Assembly: GCA_033764315.1 (NCBI GenBank)
Contig: JANRJA010000210.1
Location: 1 to 42,998 of the forward strand
Direction of reading: 5' to 3'
Length of the DNA: 42,998 bases
Origin: Oculatellaceae cyanobacterium bins.114
Lineage (GTDB): Bacteria; Cyanobacteriota; Cyanobacteriia; Elainellales; Elainellaceae
The notes under the pieces are model-generated. The model searched no databases. It was not told the origin of the DNA and saw only the letters and a list, made by a program, of their open reading frames with translations. Positions 10,467-18,890 of the stretch are shown here, piece by piece. Each line of letters begins with the position of its first letter. The first letter of the stretch is position 1. A program made the translations under genes and the position numbers.

Positions 10467-10657
10467 GCCCCCTCTCCCCATTCTCTACTCTCATCAAATT
10501 CCGGACTTATTCCAACTATTGGTGTGGTATATCGATAGAGAGATTGGTCAGTTGAATGGGTGCAGTTTGAGATCAGGGGCAGTTTGGGATCAATGGCAGA
10601 CCCAAACGAGATGCCCACGCTGTTCATTTAGCCTCATCAACCCAGACGGAGGATGCC

Positions 10658-11254
10658 TTGGAGACTTTATTGAGCTTGATGTTGGGGGTAAGCCTCAGTG
10701 CTGCCTGTGGATTTCGGATTTTTGTGCCCATGTTGGCAATGAGTATTGCGGCACAGTCAGGGCATATGACGCTTGCCTCTGGGTTTGAGTGGATTGGCAC
10801 TCCTGAAGCCTTTGCGGCGTTTGCGATCGCCACCGTTCTCGAAGTGGGGGGCTACTATATTCCCTGGCTCGATAATGTGTTGGACACCGTTGCGACTCCA
10901 ACGGCGATCGTTGCAGGCACCATTGTGACCGCCTCTGCGGTGGGTGAGGTGAGTCCATTGCTGCAATGGACCTTAGCGGTGATCTTGGGCGGTGGGGCTG
11001 CTGGGTTAACTCAAGGCATGACCGATGTATTGCGAGTAGTGTCTACTTCGACCACCGCTGGGCTGGCAAATCCTGTGCTCTCGACGATGGAGTTGGGAAC
11101 AGCTGCAACCTTATCGGGGCTTGCCATCACTGCACCTGCTTTGGCGGGAGTTTTGGTGATTGGCTTATTAATCTTTTCGGTGCAAAAGCTCTGGAAATTT
11201 CTTCGTAAACGGTCTAAATCCAAAAGATCAGAGGCTCTAGCACAGTTGGAATGA
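10658..11254 (+). CDS. DUF4126-like membrane protein
   Basis: GVSLSAACGFRIFVP, LEVGGYYIPWLDNVLD and STTTAGLANPVLSTME motifs; several hydrophobic helices. Confidence 0.8.
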   Translation: METLLSLMLGVSLSAACGFRIFVPMLAMSIAAQSGHMTLASGFEWIGTPEAFAAFAIATVLEVGGYYIPWLDNVLDTVATPTAIVAGTIVTASAVGEVSPLLQWTLAVILGGGAAGLTQGMTDVLRVVSTSTTAGLANPVLSTMELGTAATLSGLAITAPALAGVLVIGLLIFSVQKLWKFLRKRSKSKRSEALAQLE

Positions 11255-11390
11255 GCGATCGTCGGCACACCAAGCCAAGATTGTGCAAATCGGATAGGAA
11301 CAAAAGGCATTGTGCTCTGATTGCTCTGATGGAATGGCTAAATCCTGGTACTGGGTTTTCCCTTCTATTCAATTAAGTTTAGTTGCCGGG

Positions 11391-11448
11391 TTTCGACTCC
11401 GCTCAACCCTCTTCTCGTCAGGAGTTGAACATTGAGCCTAGTCGAAAT
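11391..11448. repeat. REP-like inverted pair
   Basis: TTTCGACTCCGCTCAA and TTGAGCCTAGTCGAAA form an imperfect inverted repeat. Confidence 0.6.
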
Positions 11449-11796
11449 GCGTCTTACAAGTAATTACGTCTTCCTACGTGTTAGCTCTCAGTGATTTCTC
11501 AGCCAAGGCTAAACAACGCTTCATCCGAGGGTGGTTTACTAAGCCTAAATCAACCAAGTTCCTAAAACTAATTCTCCTGGATTCCAGGAAGGATTGGATT
11601 TGGGATGCGGAAATTTATGACCGATCCTCTCATCTCAAATAGGCTGAGCTAGTTGTACAGAATTTTGTTGCGGAGTGTCACTTGACCCCTATCCCCAATG
11701 AACCTCCCCTTGAACTAAGGGAAGGGTTGGAGAGAGGCGTTTTGTGGGGCTACTTTGTCATCGGATTTTGTATCAAACATTATTTAGGAGTGAAAC

Positions 11797-12051
11797 ATGA
11801 ACATGACTCGAAAACTGAGTATGGTGCTCGGTCTGCTTTTGGTTGCTGGTATGACTGCCTGTGCTAGTGAACCCAAGACTGAAGCGGCTCCCAGTGCTGC
11901 GCCTAGTGAGGCGATGGAATCTCCTGATGCCATGCAATCTCCTGATGCCATGCAATCTCCCGATGCAATGGAATCTCCTGACGCCATGAAGTCACCCGAT
12001 GCCATGGAGTCACCTGACGCGATGGAGTCTCCCAGTCCATCTCCGCAATAA
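11797..12051 (+). CDS. Small methionine-rich repeat lipoprotein
   Basis: RBS AGGAG upstream; signal peptide ending in lipobox MTAC; seven tandem (D/E)AM(E/Q/K)SP repeats with synonymous third-position variation in this frame. Confidence 0.88.
   Translation: MNMTRKLSMVLGLLLVAGMTACASEPKTEAAPSAAPSEAMESPDAMQSPDAMQSPDAMESPDAMKSPDAMESPDAMESPSPSPQ
11908..12033 (+). repeat. Seven 18-bp coding tandem repeats
   Basis: Units such as GATGCCATGCAATCTCCT encode EAMESP DAMQSP DAMQSP DAMESP DAMKSP DAMESP DAMESP. Confidence 0.95.
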
Positions 12052-12170
12052 AGAGTAGCGATTGGGATGGTGTCATCGTGTTTTAGAGTGGCAGCATCAA
12101 AGCCCTTTGTCTCGTCAGTGGATGGGTATAAACGACCACAGAAGCGAATTGTCTCTGTCACTAGTGAACT

Positions 12171-12776
12171 ATGAAAATAAATCGACTCCAGCGACGGCAA
12201 TTGCTTGGATATTTTGGGTTAGGAATTGTAGGTGCGGGTGCGACTGCCCTGCTGCTTCAGCGCAATACGCGGAGTAGCCTGCCAGAGCAAACTACCTCAC
12301 TTGCTGATGTTCCTGCTCCGAGTAACCCTTCTTCCCTCCCTGAACCGATGCACCTCCCAGAGTTTCAAGGCATCAGTCAATGGCTCAACTCTGAGCCTTT
12401 GACGATCGCTGACTTGCGGGGAAACGTAGTCCTGATTCAGTTTTGGACGTTTGCCTGCATTAATTGCATCCGCACGCTGCCCTATGTAGTGGGTTGGCAT
12501 CAGCAATATGCTGAGCAGGGGTTAAGGGTGATTGGCGTGCACTCCCCTGAGTTTGCCTTTGAGCGCGAGGTGAGCAATATCCAATCGGCGTTGACAGAGC
12601 ACCAGATTACCTATCCGGTTCCGTTGGATAACGAGTTCAAGACCTGGAAAGCTTACAAAAATCGATTTTGGCCCCATCTATTTTTGGCAGATCGAGATGG
12701 TATTTTGCGCTATGACCACATTGGTGAAGGGGCTTATGAAGAAACAGAGCAAACGATTCGGCGATTGCTCGGCTAG
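12171..12776 (+). CDS. Thioredoxin-fold redoxin (TlpA/DipZ-like) with a probable Tat signal
   Basis: FWTFACINC CxxC motif, GVHSPEFAFE and HIGEGAY; N-terminal QRRQLL followed by a hydrophobic stretch. Confidence 0.9.
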   Translation: MKINRLQRRQLLGYFGLGIVGAGATALLLQRNTRSSLPEQTTSLADVPAPSNPSSLPEPMHLPEFQGISQWLNSEPLTIADLRGNVVLIQFWTFACINCIRTLPYVVGWHQQYAEQGLRVIGVHSPEFAFEREVSNIQSALTEHQITYPVPLDNEFKTWKAYKNRFWPHLFLADRDGILRYDHIGEGAYEETEQTIRRLLG

Positions 12777-12797
12777 GGTGATAACGGGTTAAACGCT

Positions 12798-13499
12798 ATG
12801 GCACCCTCTCCACTGTCGTTGGGTCTGGCTCTCTTGGGAGGATTGTTGACCGTCCTCTCGCCGTGTATTTTGCCCATTTTGCCGATCATTGTGGGGCGAT
12901 CGCTACAATCTCATCGCTATGGTCCCATTGCGTTGGTGTTGGGGTTGGTGGGTGGGTTTGCACTGGCAGGCAGTTTGCTCGGCATTACGGCTAGTTGGTT
13001 AGCTCAGGTTGCCGATTTATTAAGGACTGGGGCGATCGCTCTACTGCTATTAGTAGGCTTGTTGGCACTCTTTCCAACCTGGAGTTATCGGCTTTTGAGT
13101 TATCTGCCCCTTAGTCAATGGCTGGGACGATGGAGCAAAGAGCCACATCTGGGGTTAACCGGAGAGTTTTGGTTAGGGACTCAACTGGGCTTACTCTGGA
13201 CTCCCTGTGCAGGTCCGGTGTTGGGCAGTATTCTTGTGTTAGCCGCCGTGGATCATCAAATCGGAGGATCGTTTGGATTGTTGGTGTTGTATGGCATTGG
13301 GGCGTCATTGCCGTTATTAGCGTTTGCCTATGGTGGACGGTATGCCAGTCGTCGCTTGCTCAACCTGCGGGCTCATAGTGCCACATTGCAACGAGTTGGC
13401 GGAGCGATCGTAGTGACTACGGCGATCGCCATTCTGTTAGGTTGGGATGTCCAGATTCAGCTTTGGCTCGCTCCATTTTTTCCCGCTCTATCGGTTTAA
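12798..13499 (+). CDS. ccdA: CcdA/DsbD transmembrane electron transporter
   Basis: Two Pro-Cys motifs, LSPCILPILP and WTPCAGPVL; about six TM helices. Confidence 0.88.
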   Translation: MAPSPLSLGLALLGGLLTVLSPCILPILPIIVGRSLQSHRYGPIALVLGLVGGFALAGSLLGITASWLAQVADLLRTGAIALLLLVGLLALFPTWSYRLLSYLPLSQWLGRWSKEPHLGLTGEFWLGTQLGLLWTPCAGPVLGSILVLAAVDHQIGGSFGLLVLYGIGASLPLLAFAYGGRYASRRLLNLRAHSATLQRVGGAIVVTTAIAILLGWDVQIQLWLAPFFPALSV

Positions 13500-13505
13500 T
13501 TTTTT

Positions 13506-14117
13506 ATGAGTGCTTCAGAGTCCATTCGACGTGCTAAAAAACCTCCAGTCGCGCCAAAACAAGCCCTTTTAGCTAAAGCGTTTCACTGGGTCAACATCAT
13601 CAGTTTGCTCTTGATGATCACGAGTGGGTTGCAAATCTATAATGCCAATCCGGTGTTTGGTGGACGAGCCGGTTGGCGGTTTCCCGATATTGTGTTGTTG
13701 GGTGGCTGGTTAGCGGGGGGGCGACACTGGCACTTTGCCATGATGTGGGTGTTTTCGCTCAACTTGTTGTTGTATGGACTCTTTATTGTCGTGAGTCGTC
13801 GCTGGAAACGGCGGTTTGTCTCCTCTAGCGATGTTGAGGTGCTGCAAAAAGGGCAAAATCCTAAACGCAAAACCTATGCCTGGCATCGATTGATTTACAC
13901 TGGCATTATTCCGGTGCTACTGCTGGCGATCGCGACAGGTTTAGCCATGTATAAGCCCGCTCATTTCTACTGGCTCTCTGGGTTGTTTGGCAGTTGGCAA
14001 ATCTTACGCACAGTTCACTTCATTACTGTGCCAATCGTTGTTTTATTCACACTCCTCCATTCGCTGCTGGCACTCAATGTCGGTCAGTTTCGGTTAGTCA
14101 AATCCATGTTTACCTGA
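13506..14117 (+). CDS. Membrane cytochrome b (hydrogenase cytochrome b type)
   Basis: About four TM helices with candidate heme ligands in FHWVN, GRHWHFAMMW, RTVHF and LLHS; also SGLQIYNANP. Confidence 0.85.
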   Translation: MSASESIRRAKKPPVAPKQALLAKAFHWVNIISLLLMITSGLQIYNANPVFGGRAGWRFPDIVLLGGWLAGGRHWHFAMMWVFSLNLLLYGLFIVVSRRWKRRFVSSSDVEVLQKGQNPKRKTYAWHRLIYTGIIPVLLLAIATGLAMYKPAHFYWLSGLFGSWQILRTVHFITVPIVVLFTLLHSLLALNVGQFRLVKSMFT

Positions 14118-14147
14118 TGTTTCCTGCTCTCACTTCACTCAACTGAT

Positions 14148-14882
14148 ATGCACCCCAATCAACCGTCTCATCCTGTCTCTCAAGGGGCACTGACGCGCCG
14201 TCGCCTGCTGCAATTGTCTGGATTATCTGGAGCTGGTCTGCTGTTGAGCGGTTGTCGTTCTACGCTGTTTTCTAAAGAACTCGATCAGACGTTTGAGCCG
14301 CTCAACCAGCGGGTTGAAGAATTGCTGTTGCGCCCTCAGTCTCCCGTTCCTGAATTTCCAGTTAGTGCGATCGAACCTGACAAATTGCTGATCAACACCT
14401 TTGACAATACGCCCCAACTTGACCCAACAACTTTCCGATTAAGCATCGAGGGGGATGTCAATCTGCCGATGCAACTCAGCATGACCGATCTGCAAAAGAT
14501 GCCACTGACATCGATGGTGATTCGCCATGTTTGTGTTGAAGGGTGGGCAGCCATCGTGCAGTGGGGAGGAGTGCGGTTGAGAGACTTAGCCGTGTTAGCG
14601 CAGCCCAAACCTGAAGCCCGCTATGTCTATTTCCAATCGGCGGATGGCTATTACGAAAGCTGGGATTTGGCGTCCTCCCTGCATCCACAAACATTGATGG
14701 TCTATCAAAAAAATGGTCAGCCTTTGTCAGTCGAAAATGGTGCACCCATTCGTCTGGCGTCTCCTATTAAGCTCGGCTATAAACAGAGCAAATGGGTGAC
14801 TCGCGTTATTTTCACCAGTCAGTTGATGGCACAGACCGGATATTGGGAAGACCGGGGCTATGAGTGGTTTGCTGGTTTATAA
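14148..14882 (+). CDS. Sulfite-oxidase-family molybdopterin oxidoreductase (MsrP/YedY/YuiH-like), Tat lipoprotein
   Basis: HVCVEGW (Mo-ligating Cys), NGAPIRLASPIKLGYKQSKWV and GYWEDRGY; N-terminal TRRRLL...LLSGC. Confidence 0.9.
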   Translation: MHPNQPSHPVSQGALTRRRLLQLSGLSGAGLLLSGCRSTLFSKELDQTFEPLNQRVEELLLRPQSPVPEFPVSAIEPDKLLINTFDNTPQLDPTTFRLSIEGDVNLPMQLSMTDLQKMPLTSMVIRHVCVEGWAAIVQWGGVRLRDLAVLAQPKPEARYVYFQSADGYYESWDLASSLHPQTLMVYQKNGQPLSVENGAPIRLASPIKLGYKQSKWVTRVIFTSQLMAQTGYWEDRGYEWFAGL

Positions 14883-14909
14883 AATATAAAAGTGAAGCAA
14901 GCGATAGAC

Positions 14910-15812
14910 TCAGTGCGATCGCTCACGAGATTGCAATAATCCTTTAATCTCTCGCCAAATCGTAGGTTCTCCAACATTGGCTTTGGGTTGAGTCAAAACA
15001 CCATGAGTCGGGCTAAACAACAGAGCCAACACAAATAACCCGGTGACGACTAGCACGATCGCTGGCCCCGATGGCAAGTTAAAGGCATAGCTCAAATACA
15101 TGCCGCTAATACTGGAAACGATGCCGATCGCGGCTCCTAGCGTCATCACTAAATGCAAGCGGCTGACCAACAAGTATGCGGTTGCCCCCGGTGTGATTAA
15201 CAACGACAGTACCAAAATCACACCAACGGCTTTCATGCTGGCGACGATCGTTAAAGCAATCAGCACCATCAAGCCAAAGTTGAGCAGATTGGTGGGCAAT
15301 CCTGCGGCTTGAGCCCCCAACGGATCAAAGGTGTAAAACAATAATTCCTTATACAACGCCACCACGACCACCAACACCACAACTGAAATTAAGGCAGTTT
15401 GCCAGACTTCGTCTGCGGTTACTCCTAAGATGTTGCCAAACAAAAAATGGTTTAGGTCGATTTTATTGTCGTGTTGAATCAGCGTGATCAGCGTGATGCC
15501 CAGGGCAAAACAGGCTGAAAAGACAATCCCCATAGCGGCATCTTCTTTAATCGGCGATCGCGCCCGAATCCAAGCGATCGCCATCGTACTCAAGATCCCT
15601 GCAATAAACGCCCCTACAAAAATATTGGCACCAATCATAAAGGCGATCGCCAACCCCGGCAACACCGAATGACTGATGGCATCTCCCAACAACGCCAAAC
15701 GTTGCACCATCAGGTAGCTGCCCACCACTGCACAGATTAGCCCAACCAACACCGCCACGATCAGTGCCCGTTGCATAAAACTGTATTGCAGAGGTTCGAG
15801 AAGAAAGTCCAT
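14910..15812 (-). CDS. mntB: Mn/Zn ABC transporter permease
   Basis: LLGDAISHSVLPG, EDAAMGIVFS, LFGNILGV and SGPAIVLV motifs. Confidence 0.88.
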   Translation of the reverse strand: MDFLLEPLQYSFMQRALIVAVLVGLICAVVGSYLMVQRLALLGDAISHSVLPGLAIAFMIGANIFVGAFIAGILSTMAIAWIRARSPIKEDAAMGIVFSACFALGITLITLIQHDNKIDLNHFLFGNILGVTADEVWQTALISVVVLVVVVALYKELLFYTFDPLGAQAAGLPTNLLNFGLMVLIALTIVASMKAVGVILVLSLLITPGATAYLLVSRLHLVMTLGAAIGIVSSISGMYLSYAFNLPSGPAIVLVVTGLFVLALLFSPTHGVLTQPKANVGEPTIWREIKGLLQSRERSH

Positions 15813-15830
15813 AGCAGGAGATTAAAGATA

Positions 15831-15968
15831 GGAATGGAAGAGACGCGATTGATCGCGTCTACATTGGGGAATGGAAGAGACGCGATTGATCGCGTCTGTA
15901 ATGGGGGAGAGACGCAATTAATCGCGTCTACATTGGGGAAGTGAGAGAGATGCAATTAATCGGGCTAC
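15831..15968. repeat. Cluster of four REP-like palindromes (core AGACGCGATT(G/A)ATCGCGTCT)
   Basis: Two near-identical 37-bp units plus two more diverged units between mntA and mntB. Confidence 0.9.
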
Positions 15969-15978
15969 CCATCCACCC

Positions 15979-16818
15979 TTATGCTGCAAAGGCAACTCTG
16001 CCGCCATAGGTTTGATACAGATTCTCTTGGGTCAAGACCGCAGTGCGATCGCCATGAGCAATGAGCGACTGGTTCAGCAAAATCAGATCGTCAAAATGTT
16101 GAATGCTCTCACCCAAGTCATGGCTGACGACTAGTACAAGCTTGTTAGCAGCTGCTAATTCATGAAAAATATCAAAAATAATGTCTTCAGTCTTTTGGTC
16201 GATGCCAACAAAAGGTTCATCAAAGCAAAACACTTCGGCTTCTTGGGTCAGGGCACGAGCGATGAAAACTCGCTGTTGTTGACCTCCAGAGAGTTGACCA
16301 ATGGGGCGATCGCGATAGGCCGTCATGCCCACCCGGTCAAGCGCAGCAGTGGCAACCCGACGGCTCACCGTTGAGAACCGCTGAAACCAGCCTGTTTTCT
16401 GAACTCGACCCATCATCACAACATCCCAAACCGTAGCTGGATAGCTCCAATCAATTTGCGATCGCTGCGGCACATAGGCAACGCGATCGCGTTGTTCAAC
16501 TAAGGGGCGATCGCCATAGACGACTTCACCTTGAGAGGGCACCAACCCCAACATGGCTTTAATCAACGTGCTCTTACCTGCCCCATTAGGCCCAAAGATA
16601 CCTGTCAACCGTCCGGGTTGAATGGTCAAGTTGACGTCCTTGAGAGCCTCAACTAATCGATAATTGACTCGCAACCGACTGACCTGAATGGCATTTGCAG
16701 TGGTGCTCACTCGCCCATCTATAGACACTGGCCGAAACACACGCTGAGGAGGATTGGGATAATTTGGGCTGCTATCAACCGTTAATGAATATGGCAACGC
16801 TCTCATGTTCATGCCCAA
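15979..16818 (-). CDS. mntA: Mn/Zn ABC transporter ATP-binding protein
   Basis: Walker A GPNGAGKS, YVPQ, signature LSGGQQQR, FDEPF and H-loop VSHD. The start codon is uncertain. Confidence 0.9.
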   Translation of the reverse strand: MGMNMRALPYSLTVDSSPNYPNPPQRVFRPVSIDGRVSTTANAIQVSRLRVNYRLVEALKDVNLTIQPGRLTGIFGPNGAGKSTLIKAMLGLVPSQGEVVYGDRPLVEQRDRVAYVPQRSQIDWSYPATVWDVVMMGRVQKTGWFQRFSTVSRRVATAALDRVGMTAYRDRPIGQLSGGQQQRVFIARALTQEAEVFCFDEPFVGIDQKTEDIIFDIFHELAAANKLVLVVSHDLGESIQHFDDLILLNQSLIAHGDRTAVLTQENLYQTYGGRVAFAA

Positions 16819-16853
16819 AGACCTCCAATCCCCGTGTAGTAGGTGGACTTAAA

Positions 16854-16872
16854 AATGAAAAGATAATGAAAA
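16854..16872. promoter_or_regulatory. Probable ManR-type direct-repeat operator
   Basis: AATGAAAA-GAT-AATGAAAA in the divergent mntA/mntC spacer fits the recalled ManR consensus (T/A)ATGA(G/A)A(A/G)-N3-repeat. Confidence 0.7.
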
Positions 16873-16992
16873 GCTCTTTCATTCCCATTTAAGCAAAAAA
16901 TGAATGAAAAATGAAAATAACTTAAGGTAGGTTTTTAAGGGTGAATTTAGAGTCTTTCTCCAGAAACAGAAGCAATATAGGTAGAAATTCTT

Positions 16993-17940
16993 ATGAGATG
17001 GTGGTGCAAAAAAACACGGTTTAGAGGAGCGATCGCCGCATTTCTAATAGGGCTTTGGGTGACTGCCTGTACTCCCGACGACGGTATTTCGACGAGTGGC
17101 AAACCGTTAGTCGTCGCAACCAGTACCGTGATTGCAGATTGGACTGAGCAGGTGGCGGGCGATGCCATTCAATTGCGCGGCATCTTAAAGCCAGGGGTTG
17201 ACCCACATGTCTATGAGCCTGTGCCCGCTGACAGTGTTGCCTTTGAAGAAGCTGACCTGATTCTCTATAACGGCTATAACCTGGAACCGGGATTGATTCG
17301 CATCATGAATGCAGCAGGGGCAGAAGCCCCCAAACTGGCGGTGGGTGAAGTGGTGCAACCCCTGGAAATGGACAAACAGGGGGAACGAGTGCCCGATCCT
17401 CATGTGTGGGGCAATGTGCAAAATGCGATCGCCATGACTCAGGCCATTCAAGATGCTTTGAGCCAGCTTTTACCTCAAAACCAGGCCACATTTACTGACA
17501 ATGGCGATCGCTTCAAAGCTGAGCTAGAGCGACTGCACACCTGGATTGGCGAACAGATTGCCACGATTTCACCCGATCAACGCAAGCTAATCACGACTCA
17601 TGATGCGTTTGAATATTATGCTCAGGCTTATGGCTTAGACGTAGTAGGAACTCTGATTGGCATTAGCACCGAAGAGCAACCCAGTGCCCAAACCGTGCAA
17701 AGGCTGGTGGAATCAGTCAAATCTACTGGAGTCCCGGCGATCTTTGCCGAAACCACCATCAACCCGCGACTCATTACAACGGTGGCTGAAGAATCTGGTA
17801 TCGCACTTTCGCCTCAACAGCTCTACTCAGACTCCATCGGTGCCCCTGGAAGCAACGGAGACTCCTATATCAAAATGATGGTCGCCAATACCCAGGCGAT
17901 CGTCGAAGCATTGGGTGGGCGATATACCCCATTTGAATAA
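16993..17940 (+). CDS. mntC: Mn ABC transporter substrate-binding lipoprotein
   Basis: Lipobox VTAC; DPHVYEP, DPHVW, STEEQPS and LYSDS give a His/His/Glu/Asp ligand set; no His-rich ZnuA loop. Confidence 0.85.
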   Translation: MRWWCKKTRFRGAIAAFLIGLWVTACTPDDGISTSGKPLVVATSTVIADWTEQVAGDAIQLRGILKPGVDPHVYEPVPADSVAFEEADLILYNGYNLEPGLIRIMNAAGAEAPKLAVGEVVQPLEMDKQGERVPDPHVWGNVQNAIAMTQAIQDALSQLLPQNQATFTDNGDRFKAELERLHTWIGEQIATISPDQRKLITTHDAFEYYAQAYGLDVVGTLIGISTEEQPSAQTVQRLVESVKSTGVPAIFAETTINPRLITTVAEESGIALSPQQLYSDSIGAPGSNGDSYIKMMVANTQAIVEALGGRYTPFE

Positions 17941-17942
17941 GA

Positions 17943-18025
17943 GAGAGACCCGATTAATCAGGTTTGTAAGGGGAGACGCGATTAATCAGATTTGTAAGGG
18001 GAGACGCGATTAATCGCGTCTGTAC
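17943..18025. repeat. Three REP-like units of the same family as 15831-15968
   Basis: GAGACCCGATTAATCAGG, GAGACGCGATTAATCAGA and GAGACGCGATTAATCGCGTCTGTAC, spaced about 28 bp apart. Confidence 0.85.
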
Positions 18026-18121
18026 GGGAGCGGGATCTGATTCGTGCTTGAACTCTGGCCGGATGAGAATTATTTTTAGGTTGGCATCTGCTCTTTGCCT
18101 CCTGCCTTTATACTCAAACCT

Positions 18122-18820
18122 ATGGAAGACTATCCTGATATTGATTTAGCCGAGTTTATCGATCACGCTCTCTTGATTCCGATCGCTACGTCTGAGCAGG
18201 TTGCCCAGTGGTGTGATGAAGCCGATCGCTTCAAGTTTCCAGCAGTGTGCGTGTTTCCTACCCATGTGCGGCAGGCGGCAGGCTTGTTGCATAACTTGCG
18301 GCCTAAGGTGTGTGCGGTGATTGGTTTTCCGTCGGGGGCGACCACTTCAGCGGTCAAGCTTTATGAAGCCCAAGAAGCGGTTGAGAATGGAGCCACAGAA
18401 TTAGATGTGGTGCTCAATCTAGGATGGTTAAAGGCAGGTAAAACAGAGGAGTTGCATCGGGAGATCGCTGAAATTTGTGATGCCACTGACCAACCTGTAA
18501 AAGCTATTTTGGAGATGACTGTTTTAACTGATGCAGAAAAGCGATTGGCGGCTGAAATCTGCATGGATGCTGGAGCCGCCTATCTCAAAACCCACACTGG
18601 CTGGAATGGGGGCGTAACGGTAGACGATGTGCGGCTTTTGCGCGAATTGACCAAAGACCGAGTGGGCATCAAAGCCGCTAGTGGCATTCGCACCGCAGAG
18701 CAAGCGATCGAACTGATTGTGGCAGGGGCAACCCGCATCGGCACTTCTCGGGGGCCTGATTTAATCCGTCAGCGCGTTAGGCTAGACAAGAAAGAAGAGG
18801 CAAGAGAGAAGAACGAATGA
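18122..18820 (+). CDS. deoC: Deoxyribose-phosphate aldolase
   Basis: [26 protein letters not shown] (Schiff-base Lys), GIKAASGIR and RIGTS. The ATG at 18122 is preferred. Confidence 0.93.
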   Translation: MEDYPDIDLAEFIDHALLIPIATSEQVAQWCDEADRFKFPAVCVFPTHVRQAAGLLHNLRPKVCAVIGFPSGATTSAVKLYEAQEAVENGATELDVVLNLGWLKAGKTEELHREIAEICDATDQPVKAILEMTVLTDAEKRLAAEICMDAGAAYLKTHTGWNGGVTVDDVRLLRELTKDRVGIKAASGIRTAEQAIELIVAGATRIGTSRGPDLIRQRVRLDKKEEAREKNE

Positions 18821-18890
18821 TCAGGTATAGACCTGATGCTTCATTCCCCGTAAGCTTCACTCTTCTTTTTTCCTTTTTCATTCTTTAATT

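Noticed and set aside
11784-12200. 138-aa minus-strand ORF with MASGD repeats
   Set aside because: It is the antisense shadow of the lipoprotein repeat. The plus-strand frame has an RBS, signal peptide and lipobox and matches the operon orientation.
12798-13499. ccdA as the housekeeping cytochrome c biogenesis locus
   Set aside because: No ccsB/ccs1 or ccsA is adjacent, and the context points to a dedicated thioredoxin partner.
15831-15968. 37-bp periodic palindromic repeats as a CRISPR array
   Set aside because: The intervening sequences are short and similar to each other, there are no unique spacers or cas genes, and the same unit is dispersed elsewhere in the window.
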